Source of the DNA: a virus
Strand: one strand, 5' to 3'
DNA length: 64,000 nucleotides
IMG/VR virus record: IMGVR_UViG_3300025424_000009
The notes under the pieces: model-generated
Seen by the model: the letters and a program-made list of their open reading frames with translations, nothing else
What the model was told of the DNA's origin: nothing
The model's database searches: none
Position numbers and translations under genes: made by a program
Shown: positions 19,366 through 29,572 of the stretch, one piece after another
Layout of the letters: each line of letters begins with the position of its first letter
How positions within the stretch are numbered: the stretch's first letter is position 1

Positions 19366-20298
19366 GTGAATATACTTTTCAGAGAGAATCAGTTTAATGA
19401 GAGAGGTACTTCGGTATCTCTCTTCGATTATGCTCACTACGCTGAGACTATACTAGGACACACCTCGTATGTCTGTGCTCCTGTACTATCAGACCTTTCA
19501 TCCTACGAGAAGTTCATCAATAGGTTCGGTGACAGATGTTGCCTATATAAAGATAACTTACAAGGTATTGTTGATGACTGTAACATAGATGTAGTTTACC
19601 ACCAAGTGTCAGGTCAAGTATGTGACCTACGTGTACCTAACATAAAGAATGTATACCATGGCGTATTCAACTTTAAGAATCTTGAAGTTACTGCCTACAT
19701 CAGTGACTGGCTTGCCAAAGAGAACAATAGCATATCTGTACCGTACATAGTAACACTTCCAGATATAAAACATAATTACAGAGAATCTCTAGGGATACCT
19801 TCTCATGCACCAGTAATAGTACGTACAGGAGGCTTTGGAAACTTTGATATACTAGATGCTCAACGTGCTGTATATGAAACAGCTCTAAGACAACCTAGCA
19901 CATACTTCCTTATGCTCAATACAGACGAATTCTGCCCCCCTATTCCCAACATCATACATATACAAGCAACCACATCTAGAGAGGAAATAACAGCACTTCT
20001 GAACACCGCAGATGCATTCCTGTATGCAAGGTCAAGAGGTGAGACTTTCGTACTATCTATAGCTGAGGCTTTACACCAAGATGTACCTGTCATATACTAC
20101 AATGGTGGGTATGATAAAAATCATTTAGAGATGATGCAGGATAGAGGGTTTGAATGGAATGCATACGCAGAGTTATTCTCCCTACTAGATTCATATAAAT
20201 ATACTAGGGGTTATGAGAAAAGTACTTACAGTTCACTTATAAGTGAATTCACTCCTGAGAAGGTAATGGAAAAGTTTTCAAAAGTTTTTTTATATTGA
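19366..20298 (+). CDS. GT-B glycosyltransferase-like protein
   Basis: RGTSVSLFDYA, ARSRGETFVLSIAEAL, FTPEKVM. Confidence 0.75.
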   Translation: MNILFRENQFNERGTSVSLFDYAHYAETILGHTSYVCAPVLSDLSSYEKFINRFGDRCCLYKDNLQGIVDDCNIDVVYHQVSGQVCDLRVPNIKNVYHGVFNFKNLEVTAYISDWLAKENNSISVPYIVTLPDIKHNYRESLGIPSHAPVIVRTGGFGNFDILDAQRAVYETALRQPSTYFLMLNTDEFCPPIPNIIHIQATTSREEITALLNTADAFLYARSRGETFVLSIAEALHQDVPVIYYNGGYDKNHLEMMQDRGFEWNAYAELFSLLDSYKYTRGYEKSTYSSLISEFTPEKVMEKFSKVFLY

Positions 20299-20312
20299 GT
20301 TATACAAACTCA

Positions 20313-20320
20313 TATCTTTG
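20313..20320 (+). promoter_or_regulatory. Bacteroidota -7 promoter element
   Basis: TATCTTTG in the intergenic gap 16 nt before an ATG; no well-spaced -33 box. Confidence 0.45.
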
Positions 20321-20336
20321 CTAAAAATATTATTTT

Positions 20337-21071
20337 ATGGTAATACTCCCTATCTCAATAGTCATCCTATCATGGAAGGCTCCTAAGACGTTACACAACA
20401 CCTTATCTACCTATAAGGAGAAAGGGTTATTAGACATCACAGATGATGTAACAGTATTCTTCCAAGAGATGCAAGAAGAAGATTCTTTCATATGCCAAGA
20501 GTTTGGTGTAAAAGGGATAGGCTCTAGTACTAATATAGGTATTGGAAAAGCATTTGAAGTATTATTCAATCATGCTAAGTATGATGTAGTGCTTGCACTA
20601 GAGAACGACTGGGTAATAGATATACCTAGTGGTGGTGAAGTACATGATATACTTCAAGCATCTAGAGAAGATTTGAAAGGTTACCATGTAGATTTTGTAA
20701 GACTTAGACACAATAAAGTGCCTGGAGTCCCTTTATACACAGCTCAATTCCATGGACGTGAGATGGATTCCCCTGAGCACCTAATAGAGCAAGTTCATTT
20801 TTTAGGTAAAGATTTGTCTACCAAATTCCCTGACATATTCACATATACTGTTCAAGGGGATGCAGGATTTGTTATAGGAGACAGTCAATACTCTAATTAC
20901 AGTAACAACCCTTTTATGTGCAGGAAAGACTTCTACTTAACTGAAGTAGCACCTTATTCTGGTACAGCAGGAGAGAATGAAACATTAATACGTGATAGCT
21001 GGATGAAAGGACACTACAAAGTAGCTTTCAATATACCAGGAGTATTCACACATAAAAGACTAGATAGATAA
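20337..21071 (+). CDS. GT-A glycosyltransferase-like protein
   Basis: SIVILSW, NIGIG, VLALENDW (DxD-like), YSNNP. Confidence 0.7.
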   Translation: MVILPISIVILSWKAPKTLHNTLSTYKEKGLLDITDDVTVFFQEMQEEDSFICQEFGVKGIGSSTNIGIGKAFEVLFNHAKYDVVLALENDWVIDIPSGGEVHDILQASREDLKGYHVDFVRLRHNKVPGVPLYTAQFHGREMDSPEHLIEQVHFLGKDLSTKFPDIFTYTVQGDAGFVIGDSQYSNYSNNPFMCRKDFYLTEVAPYSGTAGENETLIRDSWMKGHYKVAFNIPGVFTHKRLDR

Positions 21072-21958
21072 TGAGAATACTATATATTACAAATTACATT
21101 AAGATACAGCAAGCCGGTGGATACATTAATGACTATATGAATGACCTTCTGTTCTATGGCTTGTATGAATTACAACAAGAGGGTATTATAACTGAGTTAG
21201 TGGACTCAACCTCTATTGCACACTTGTACAAATATAATGATTTGTTTATATCTAAACAGGCACTGTGGGGTAAAGGGTTCTCACAGACCTTCCTTATAGA
21301 AGGTGATGGCCAAGATGTAAATAGACAAAATATAGTAAGTAAAATAGTTAACCAATACTTTGATGTAATCATATACGGAGCTTGGAACAGATGCCAAGAT
21401 TACAGAGATGTAGTTGAAGAATCTTTCAACGGTAAAGTAATAGTGGTAGATGGTGCTGATGATACCTTGATAAGACCTAAACCCTCTAGGTGGATAGGAT
21501 TCAAAAGAGAACTAATGCCAGGTGTAGAAGGACAACTACCTATCTCGTTTGCAATCCCAGAGTTTAAGTTTAGTCAACCTAATTACAAGAAGACTAAAGA
21601 TTATGGGACTGTTATCCCAGGAGATAACTCTACATATATCTTCACAGATGAAGCCTCTTATTACAAAGACTATAATGATTCTTTCTATGGTGTAACTACT
21701 AAGAAAGGTGGCTACGATTGTATTAGACATTACGAAATACCAGCATCATACTGTATGCCTTATATTCCTGATATAGATTCATTCCCAGACACAGTCCTGA
21801 CTAACTATCCCAAAAAGCTAATAAAGATAGCAATGTCTTTACCTGACAAGGACTTTGATAATAATATGTACTATCAACTCATGGATGAGGTATACCAGTA
21901 TGCAAAGGAAAACCTTACCACTAAAGCATTAGCAAAATACGTTCTAAGTAAAATTTAA
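21071..21958 (+). CDS. Glycosyltransferase-like protein (GT-B C-terminal type)
   Basis: VVDGAD, FKRE, KKGGYDCIRHYEI, ENLTTKALAKY. Confidence 0.6.
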   Translation: MRILYITNYIKIQQAGGYINDYMNDLLFYGLYELQQEGIITELVDSTSIAHLYKYNDLFISKQALWGKGFSQTFLIEGDGQDVNRQNIVSKIVNQYFDVIIYGAWNRCQDYRDVVEESFNGKVIVVDGADDTLIRPKPSRWIGFKRELMPGVEGQLPISFAIPEFKFSQPNYKKTKDYGTVIPGDNSTYIFTDEASYYKDYNDSFYGVTTKKGGYDCIRHYEIPASYCMPYIPDIDSFPDTVLTNYPKKLIKIAMSLPDKDFDNNMYYQLMDEVYQYAKENLTTKALAKYVLSKI

Positions 21959-21962
21959 GTCT

Positions 21963-22703
21963 ATGATAATAAATAAAACATACTTTGATGATTACAATAA
22001 TATATTACCCACCCTTCCTGACAAGTCATTTGATGCTATTATAGCAGACTTACCTTACGCACAAACAAAAGCAAAATGGGATATACTAGTAGATCTCCCT
22101 TCCCTATGGCTTCAGTACAAGAGGTTAATAAAAGATAATGGAGTAATACTACTATTTTCAAAGACTCCCTTTGATAAGATTCTTGGTTGCTCTAATCTTC
22201 CTATGCTTAAGTATGAATGGATTTGGGAGAAGACTCAAGCTACAGGGTTTTTCAATGCAAAGAAGATGCCTATGCAATCTCATGAGAATATACTAGTATT
22301 CTACAACAAACCTCCTAAGTATTACCCTCAAAAGACACAAGGACACTCACCTGTTAATTCGTATACAAAAAAGAAAGATATAGCAGACAAGACATTAGTA
22401 TATGGGGAGAATACAAAAGATATACAAGGAGGAGGTAATACAGATAGGTATCCAAGAACTATTCTCAAATTCAGTTCTGACAAGCAAAAGAATAAGCTGG
22501 ATGGTACTATACACCCTACACAAAAGCCCTTGGCTTTACTAGAATACTTAGTCAATACTTATACAGACGTAGGAGATTTAATACTAGATAATGTGGCAGG
22601 GTCAGGCCAGACAGGATTGGCAGCAAGGAACTTAAATAGAAATTACATCATGTGTGAGAATGACCCCTTCTCCATCGAAATACTTAAAAAAAGAAATTTA
22701 TGA
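21963..22703 (+). CDS. DNA amino-methyltransferase (N6A/N4C, beta class)
   Basis: Motif IV DLPY, YEWIWEK, HENILVF, HPTQKP, motif I LDNVAGSGQT. Confidence 0.92.
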   Translation: MIINKTYFDDYNNILPTLPDKSFDAIIADLPYAQTKAKWDILVDLPSLWLQYKRLIKDNGVILLFSKTPFDKILGCSNLPMLKYEWIWEKTQATGFFNAKKMPMQSHENILVFYNKPPKYYPQKTQGHSPVNSYTKKKDIADKTLVYGENTKDIQGGGNTDRYPRTILKFSSDKQKNKLDGTIHPTQKPLALLEYLVNTYTDVGDLILDNVAGSGQTGLAARNLNRNYIMCENDPFSIEILKKRNL

Positions 22704-23515
22704 TAATAAAAGATTTAGTAAAAGACAATTCGGCATACGGATCCATAGCCTGTATAAAGGGAGAAGAATCAGTAGTAAGTATAAGAGGATACTTAGCATA
22801 TAACTTTGATTTTATCAAGGAGTTTGACACTATTATCCTAGCAGTGAACTGGTTAGATGGAGTTACTGATGAGACAGTAGATAGATACTTAGAACAATGG
22901 TATATGGCATTTCCTAACTCCTATATATACACTACACGTATATCTAAAAATCTTGGCCATACACTATCAACTATGGAGTTAGATAATCAACTATTCAGTA
23001 AGTGTAAGCAACTGCATATTAAGTGGTTATTCAAATCCACAGAAGATGTTATCATCAACAGTGCATTTCTAGATAGAAAAATATCTAAATCAGACTTTTA
23101 TTACTTTAATGGAATTGGAAAAGGAGGTATGGAAAAGTACAACTTTGATTATAATTATATTATAGATGCAGACTTCTATCCTAACACCAACTTTTATATC
23201 ATCAATACTTGGGCAGCAGATTGGTTATATGATGAAGAGCAGATATACGAGGTAGATAATTACATTAAAGGTATAGAAAATTATAATGGACGTATCTGGG
23301 AATGGGTACCAGGATTCTCTAGTGAAGGTAAGTTGGCCGAGTTGATTGAGAATAGAAATATAGAGAGTGCACATTTATTAAATACCAGAGAGTATATACT
23401 CTTACTTACATTCGTAGACAGGTATAATATTCATGATAACAGTTTTAAAAACATCATGTGTGGTGATGTATGTCACTTTCATTTTCCTAACCAACCTGTA
23501 ACAATAATTGAATAG
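22700..23515 (+). CDS. Hypothetical protein, possibly a divergent GT-A glycosyltransferase
   Basis: Inside the GT cluster; NLGH, KSTEDV segment; weak. Confidence 0.4.
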   Translation: MIIKDLVKDNSAYGSIACIKGEESVVSIRGYLAYNFDFIKEFDTIILAVNWLDGVTDETVDRYLEQWYMAFPNSYIYTTRISKNLGHTLSTMELDNQLFSKCKQLHIKWLFKSTEDVIINSAFLDRKISKSDFYYFNGIGKGGMEKYNFDYNYIIDADFYPNTNFYIINTWAADWLYDEEQIYEVDNYIKGIENYNGRIWEWVPGFSSEGKLAELIENRNIESAHLLNTREYILLLTFVDRYNIHDNSFKNIMCGDVCHFHFPNQPVTIIE

Positions 23516-24224
23516 CATGACAGTCATATATCGTATCTCAGACTCTGGATATCTTAAGCAAAAGCCAGAGTATATAAATAACGTTAATTGTTTATTAAAT
23601 GCATCTAAGGTATTTCAACACTGCAACTGGCATGTTATAGTAGATAATGTAAAAGAACAAAAAACATTAGACACTATCAGTTATGTATCCGCAATAGTAA
23701 ATGAATTTAGTAGTGAAGTGGTATCAGTAGGTCACGGTGCAGGTACCTTTAATCTGGCATTAGACTATGCTTTGCAACTACCTATTAACGAGACCGTTTA
23801 CTTCCTTGAAAATGATTATTTACATCTACCAGGTTCAATTGAAGCGTTAGAAGATATGTTTTCATTAGGAGCTGACTACACTTGTCTTTATAGGCATCCT
23901 GACAAGCACATACCCCCATCTCAAGGAGGTAACCCTCAAGTAGATGAAGATGGTGGGTACCTTACTAAGCTGTATCAAGGTGAGAAGGGTTTATACTTTT
24001 TAGTTAACTCTACTACTATGACATTTGCAGCTAAGGTGAAAACTTTAAGAGAAGATGAGCAGATACTAAGAGATTATACTAAAGGTACCTATCCACAAGA
24101 TTACCTGATGTTTCTTGCACTCAGAGATAAAGGAAGAAGTCTCTTATGCCCTACAGAAACTAAAGCTACCCATGGTGAAGTGGCGTGGCTTAGTAAAGGT
24201 GTCGAATGGGATAAAATTTGCTAA
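23508..24224 (+). CDS. GT-A glycosyltransferase-like protein
   Basis: VIVDN, YFLENDYLH, STTMTFAA, THGE. Confidence 0.75.
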   Translation: MNSMTVIYRISDSGYLKQKPEYINNVNCLLNASKVFQHCNWHVIVDNVKEQKTLDTISYVSAIVNEFSSEVVSVGHGAGTFNLALDYALQLPINETVYFLENDYLHLPGSIEALEDMFSLGADYTCLYRHPDKHIPPSQGGNPQVDEDGGYLTKLYQGEKGLYFLVNSTTMTFAAKVKTLREDEQILRDYTKGTYPQDYLMFLALRDKGRSLLCPTETKATHGEVAWLSKGVEWDKIC

Positions 24225-24228
24225 ATTA

Positions 24229-24260
24229 TTTGGTATGTTGATATTTATTTAGTACCTTTG
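24229..24260 (+). promoter_or_regulatory. Bacteroidota-type promoter upstream of the NUMOD3 endonuclease
   Basis: TTTG-N20-TACCTTTG, perfect consensus. Confidence 0.7.
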
Positions 24261-24284
24261 TACTAACCAAAATTAACAAAATCA

Positions 24285-25202
24285 ATGGCATACGTTTACA
24301 AACACACCACTAAAAATAAAGAAGTTAATGAAGTATTTTATATAGGAATAGGAAGTGATGAAGGAGGGAAGTATAAGAGAGCTTACAATATTAGACATAG
24401 AAGTGAGTATTGGAAAAGTACTTATAAAAAATACGATCGTGAAATTGAAATACTATTTGATAATTTAACATGGGAAGAAGCTCAACAAAAAGAAATAGAA
24501 CTTATAAAGTTTTATGGCAGAAGAAATTTAGGGTTAGGTACATTATGCAATCTGACAGATGGGGGAGAAGGTTCACTAGGTTATGTACCTACTGAAGAGA
24601 CTTTAATAAAATTATCTGAATCTCATAAAGGTAAAAGTAAAGCCCCTCTTACAGAGGTACATAAAATGAAGTTAATAGAGGGTTTAAAAAATATAGTAAG
24701 AAAACCTGTAAGTGAGGAAACTAAAAAGAAGATGTCTGAATCAGCTAAAAATAGACCTCCTGAAAGTGAAGAGACCAGGCAAAAAAGGAGTGCTTCTCAA
24801 AAATTAAGGGAGGTAAGTGAAGAGACTAAGCAAAGATTAAGAGAAATGAGTTCAGGCAAAGGTCCTACAAAAGAAGCTGCTTTAAAAATATCTAAAGCTA
24901 ATAAAGGTAAAAAGAAGCCTCCAAGGACTGATGAGCATAAATTAAATTTAAGTAAAGCTTGGAAAACTAGACCGCCTATTAAAGATAGTACTAGAGAAAA
25001 ATGGTCTAAAAGTAGTAAAGGTAATAGTTATCGTGCTATACCTGTATTGCAATTAAGTACAGGCAGAATATTTAAATCAATAGAAGAAGTAGCAATTTTT
25101 CTAAATATAACTAGAAACTATCTGTATAAAAAATTCAGTAAATTTACAGATTTTAAAAAATTAGATTCAAAAGAAAATTTAAATAATATTAATAATGAGT
25201 AA
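24285..25202 (+). CDS. Free-standing GIY-YIG-like homing endonuclease with NUMOD3 repeats
   Basis: YVYKH...FYIGIG...RA, E..LI..YGRR..G.G.L.NLTDGGEG, repeated SEETKKKMSES-type motifs. Confidence 0.85.
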   Translation: MAYVYKHTTKNKEVNEVFYIGIGSDEGGKYKRAYNIRHRSEYWKSTYKKYDREIEILFDNLTWEEAQQKEIELIKFYGRRNLGLGTLCNLTDGGEGSLGYVPTEETLIKLSESHKGKSKAPLTEVHKMKLIEGLKNIVRKPVSEETKKKMSESAKNRPPESEETRQKRSASQKLREVSEETKQRLREMSSGKGPTKEAALKISKANKGKKKPPRTDEHKLNLSKAWKTRPPIKDSTREKWSKSSKGNSYRAIPVLQLSTGRIFKSIEEVAIFLNITRNYLYKKFSKFTDFKKLDSKENLNNINNE

Positions 25203-25980
25203 ATCTATTTCAGTTATTGTACCTACTTTTCGTGAACCTTCACATTTATCTTTATGTCTAGAATCATTAATAAAAGGACAAGATAATGATAATGAGATTA
25301 TTGTAGTGTGTGATGGCTATAGAATTGAAAATCAACATGTACTTGATAAATGGAAAGATAATATTAAAGTATTAGACTTAGAAACTAATCAAGGTCTTGC
25401 ACGAGCAACTAATTATGGTTGTTATGTAGCCAGTTGTGAATTAATCTTAATAATTAATGATGATAATGTTATGCCAAATCAATGGGATAGTAGGTTACTT
25501 CAAGATTATGAAGATAACTCAGTAATCTCTATAAATCAGATAGAACCAGTACCTTCTATGTTTAGACAATTTTATATAAAAAATTTTGGACGTACTGTAT
25601 CTGAATTCAATCTTTCTAAATTCACAGAAGAAGAATTGAATATATCAAATACGTATGGTAAAGAATGTGGGTATATAGATAATACAGGGAGTACACTACC
25701 ATTCTTAATATCAAAAAGAAATTTTCTTATGTTAGGTGGATGGGATATAGAGTATAATAAACTTGGGGTTTGTGTTGACTGGGATTTTTTTTTAAAAGTA
25801 AGCCTTTCCCATTTAAAAATTAAACGTACATACAGAGTACATGTATATCATTTTGTATCAGTCAGTACAGGTACTAATAGGCAAGAAATAGAACGTATTG
25901 GTCATGACTTTGCTAAATATAAGTGGGGCTATTATATTCAACATGACCCATACACTAATAAAAAATATTTGGCTAGATAG
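25195..25980 (+). CDS. GT-A glycosyltransferase (GT2-like)
   Basis: ISVIVPTF, IIVVCDG, NQGLARATN, LIINDDN, GGWD, DWDF. Confidence 0.9.
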   Translation: MSKSISVIVPTFREPSHLSLCLESLIKGQDNDNEIIVVCDGYRIENQHVLDKWKDNIKVLDLETNQGLARATNYGCYVASCELILIINDDNVMPNQWDSRLLQDYEDNSVISINQIEPVPSMFRQFYIKNFGRTVSEFNLSKFTEEELNISNTYGKECGYIDNTGSTLPFLISKRNFLMLGGWDIEYNKLGVCVDWDFFLKVSLSHLKIKRTYRVHVYHFVSVSTGTNRQEIERIGHDFAKYKWGYYIQHDPYTNKKYLAR

Positions 25981-25999
25981 AATAATACTATTATCTTTA
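25968..25999 (+). promoter_or_regulatory. Bacteroidota-type promoter
   Basis: TTTG-N20-TATCTTTA. Confidence 0.5.
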
Positions 26000-26015
26000 C
26001 AAAAAAATAATAATT

Positions 26016-26654
26016 ATGGAATTTATAGACATTAGGAAGTTAGTAGGAAAAACTCTCACAAGTATTAAAGGTGGGGTAGGTAGTGACGAACTTATATTAA
26101 CTACTACAGAAGGTGTAGTTTACAAAATGTTTCACGATCAACATTGCTGTGAATATGTATATGTTCAAGACATCATAGGAGACTTAAATGACTTGGTAGG
26201 TACCACTATCATACAAGCAGAAGAAGTTACAAGTGATAAACATCCTGAAGGATATAAGCCTGATGGATATATAGACTCATTCACATGGACATTCTATAAG
26301 TTTGCAACTATAAAAGGTTATGTAACTATAAGGTGGTTAGGTGAGTCTAATGGATATTATTCTGAATCAGTGGAAATTATTAAATGGTAAAACAAATATA
26401 TGACAAGTAAAACAAGTGTGTATGCTGCTAAGATAGCAGAGCAATTAGCAGGAATCTTTGATCCCTCTTCTCCCAATTACATTGATTTAGAAAGTCTATC
26501 AGATAATGATAACTTTGAAGAATTTATGTTTGCACTAGCAGTAGTGGTTCCACATACAGTGTATACAAAAGGTACAGATTCAGAAGTAGATGTACTAGAG
26601 TTTAATCACCTCATGAACAGATTGATATTTAAAAGAAGTTTATCTGATGTATAG
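26016..26654 (+). other. Two hypothetical CDSs (26016-26390, a common phage protein with HDQHCCE...IIGDL; 26400-26654)
   Basis: ORFs with good start context. Confidence 0.7.
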
Positions 26655-26662
26655 GCGTAGGT

Positions 26663-27592
26663 TTGATATTTATAAATATGATGTATCAATTCATAGACGA
26701 GGCTTTTTTACTAGAGGCAGGTGCAATAACTCAAGATAGGATATCTGATGCTGTCAAGAATAAAAGAGTTGTTACTATAGCTTACAAAGGAGAAGAAGAG
26801 GATGAGCCTGGTGTACGTACCATAGAGCCTTCATGCTTCGGTGAAGATAAGAAAGGCCGAATGGTAATAAGGGCATGGCAAAGGGCAGGTAAATCTGTTA
26901 CAGGTATAAACCCACCCCCTGTTACTAAAGGGTGGAAGTGGTTTTTAGTTAGTAGAATAAGTTCATGGAATGAAAGTTCTAATCTAAACTTCACTACCAA
27001 ACGTCCTAAGTACAATACAAAGGGAGATAAGCATATGTCAAAAATATTTGCTATATCTGACTTTGATGGTAAGATTAAGATAAGCCCTTTACCTAAAACT
27101 CCTAAGAAACCTACCCCTGTTAAAAAACCTGGTATAGTAGGTAAGAAAAGTTCTAAAAATCCTAAAGGTACTATTAGTACAACTGTAGTGCCTACAGGCA
27201 AGGAGTACAAGTCTAATGAGAAGATGAGAGACCCTCAAGGAATGGTTAAAACATTCTTTCCTACCAATACTAAAAAAGTGAAGGTGGCTTTATCTCCAGA
27301 GGAGTATAGGGAGATACAAGATCCAGGTAAGTTAAAAGATGCAGTTAAGCTTATAGCAGACAAGGTAAAGAGTCCAAATAAAGAGGTGTTTATAGATATC
27401 TCAGGAATGGATAGTGATAAAATTATAGCCTTCTCGAAGTCAAAGATAAATGTAATGGAATCCTTGTTAGAGCAAGTAGAATGGTTTTCTTATAATTATG
27501 AATTTCCAGTAATATCAAAAAGGTTCATGACTTTAACTGAAATATTAAACTCTGACTTATATGAAGACAACCACGAAGAGCAAGAAGATTAA
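26663..27592 (+). CDS. WYL-domain protein with a Lys/Pro-rich linker
   Basis: VVTIAY......RTIEP..FG......IRAWQ......WKWFLVSRI; real start may be the ATG near 26678. Confidence 0.75.
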   Translation: MIFINMMYQFIDEAFLLEAGAITQDRISDAVKNKRVVTIAYKGEEEDEPGVRTIEPSCFGEDKKGRMVIRAWQRAGKSVTGINPPPVTKGWKWFLVSRISSWNESSNLNFTTKRPKYNTKGDKHMSKIFAISDFDGKIKISPLPKTPKKPTPVKKPGIVGKKSSKNPKGTISTTVVPTGKEYKSNEKMRDPQGMVKTFFPTNTKKVKVALSPEEYREIQDPGKLKDAVKLIADKVKSPNKEVFIDISGMDSDKIIAFSKSKINVMESLLEQVEWFSYNYEFPVISKRFMTLTEILNSDLYEDNHEEQED

Positions 27593-28347
27593 AAGACAAA
27601 TACCCTTCCTTGTATTCAACGCTTACAACGAAGAACACTTTGAAACTATTGAAAATGAGTTTACAGTTCAGGACAAGATATACACAGATACCGTAGAGTC
27701 TATCAGCCATGCAATAGCAGAGGGATGTAAGACTGCGGAGCTGTTTAAGCTACAAGATTACTATTCGGTAATTACCCTGTCAAGAAATGACTTTAAATCG
27801 GTTTTAGAAAATGCAATGGCATTCTATGCGAAGCATGACAACTTTGATAAAGCTATAGAGTGTCAAGGTTTAATTCAGTTAATTTAAAAAATTTATAATT
27901 ATGATGTTTGATGATGAGGATTTAGATGAATTAGAAGATGACTTTATTGAACCTGAATTTACCCCTCCAACTGCTGAAAGGGTAAAGACAAGTATCGATA
28001 AAATAATAGGAAGGAAGACTACTGTACGTAAATCTAAAAAGACTCCGGAAGACAAGAAGCGTGAGAAATTTGTACAACTTATGTTTGATTATGAAAGAGC
28101 CTATACACGAGGTGTTCTTACCTCAGAGTTTTTAGATATGGAAGACTGGGATGATACTTGGATGGATATCATAGATACACTCCTAGAGTTGATATATACA
28201 CCAGCACAGTTAAATATAATACATTTTTATATATTTGATAGGATAGATGATCAAGGTCAAGTAATACCCTATGATTTAGGTTCGGAGAAGTATGTATTCT
28301 TAGATACACCCGAAAACCTATATGAGTTATTGAAACAAATAAAATAA
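27561..28347 (+). other. Two hypothetical CDSs (27561-27887, 27901-28347)
   Basis: Long ORFs on the dominant strand. Confidence 0.7.
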
Positions 28348-28350
28348 ATT

Positions 28351-29040
28351 ATGGCAGTATCAAAATTAGTTAGAGCGAGAGGTATACATAAAATAAATAG
28401 GTCTGATATAGAACGTGGGATGTTACATTGTAATTCCATGGTTCAACTTGCTGAATACCTTGATATAAAAAGACAATCTCTTAGAGTACATATGGATTCA
28501 CACCTAGACGAAAATGGTGTATCTCTATATCAGAATTTTTGTAAAAAGATAAAGGAGCAAGGTAGAGGTCGTAAGAGTAATTTAGATAGAGATTTTATAA
28601 CTCACCTACTTGAAATAGGATTACTCGGAAATAAAATGCCTCCGTCCATGGTTAAAGATAAGCTCCTGGACGAGGGTTATTTTGAAAAGAAATGCATGTG
28701 TTGTGGGTTTAGTGATTACAGGAAAGAAGATGCCAAGTATCCACTCTTAATCAATTTTAAGGATGGTAAAAGATCTTCATGGAAGAGAGAGAACTTAGAG
28801 ATACTCTGTTATAACTGCTACTACATTAAGGTCGGGGATTTAATGTTTAAAGACCAACTAGAAGCTTTGGAATTCTATGGTCAACGTAAAAGAAGAGAAG
28901 TTTTTGGTAATGTAAATAGTGAAGCTGTTCTAGACCAAGCTAAGGCTTACAAGTCTGAGATAGATGCTTTACAACAAGATTATGAGCAAACAGATCAATG
29001 GGCTAATGATATTATAGCTTTCAATAAGCTTAAAAAGTAA
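28351..29040 (+). CDS. HNH-fold Zn-binding protein with a degenerate active site
   Basis: CMCCG...LLINFKDG....W..ENLEILCYNC; lacks the usual DH. Confidence 0.55.
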   Translation: MAVSKLVRARGIHKINRSDIERGMLHCNSMVQLAEYLDIKRQSLRVHMDSHLDENGVSLYQNFCKKIKEQGRGRKSNLDRDFITHLLEIGLLGNKMPPSMVKDKLLDEGYFEKKCMCCGFSDYRKEDAKYPLLINFKDGKRSSWKRENLEILCYNCYYIKVGDLMFKDQLEALEFYGQRKRREVFGNVNSEAVLDQAKAYKSEIDALQQDYEQTDQWANDIIAFNKLKK

Positions 29041-29166
29041 TTTAAGAAGTGGAGGTTCTGAATGTACATCTTCCTCTAAATTAGGTATCGTTGAAGGTTT
29101 TCTAGCCGTAACAACATAGCCTAGCCGGTAACAAGAAACATTGACTTTCGAGGAGAGACTCGGCCA

Positions 29167-29239
29167 GAATTCTTAGTTTAACTGAATAGAACGTCCATCT
29201 ACGGAGTGGTTAGTGAAGGTTTGAATCCTTCAGAGTTCA
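29167..29239 (+). tRNA. tRNA-Arg (ACG)
   Basis: Acceptor GAATTCT/AGAGTTC, D-arm GTTT..GAAC, anticodon loop CTACGGA, T-arm GAAGG-TTTGAAT-CCTTC; CCA not encoded. Confidence 0.8.
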
Positions 29240-29260
29240 CGAAAAATAAAATAATCAATT

Positions 29261-29557
29261 ATGAGGTTACCTTTCAACATTGAAGAGTTACTAGACGAAG
29301 TAGAGGAAAAGTTAGATGGCAGTCGTTTGCCATGGAGATTAACTTCTGCTGTTGAAGATTATGTATCTGAATTAGAGTCAACCATTGAACAACTGGAAGA
29401 TGAAATAGAGAATTTAGAATCTCCACACAAACTGCTTGTAGATGAATTAAAAGAAGAATGGTGGCATGAGGTTAAACAAAAGTTTACATTACCTCAACTA
29501 GAATCTATTTTTGGAACAAGATTTAATTTGAAAAGTTATGATCAAATCATTAATTAA
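29261..29557 (+). CDS. Acidic coiled-coil hypothetical protein
   Basis: 98-aa ORF. Confidence 0.65.
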   Translation: MRLPFNIEELLDEVEEKLDGSRLPWRLTSAVEDYVSELESTIEQLEDEIENLESPHKLLVDELKEEWWHEVKQKFTLPQLESIFGTRFNLKSYDQIIN

Positions 29558-29572
29558 CTAATAATTACAAAC

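Noticed and set aside
2638-27710. Minus-strand ORFs overlapping + strand genes (e.g. 5543-5800, 6212-6472, 26782-27210, 7707-7928)
   Set aside because: Antisense shadows of well-supported genes with no motifs or start context
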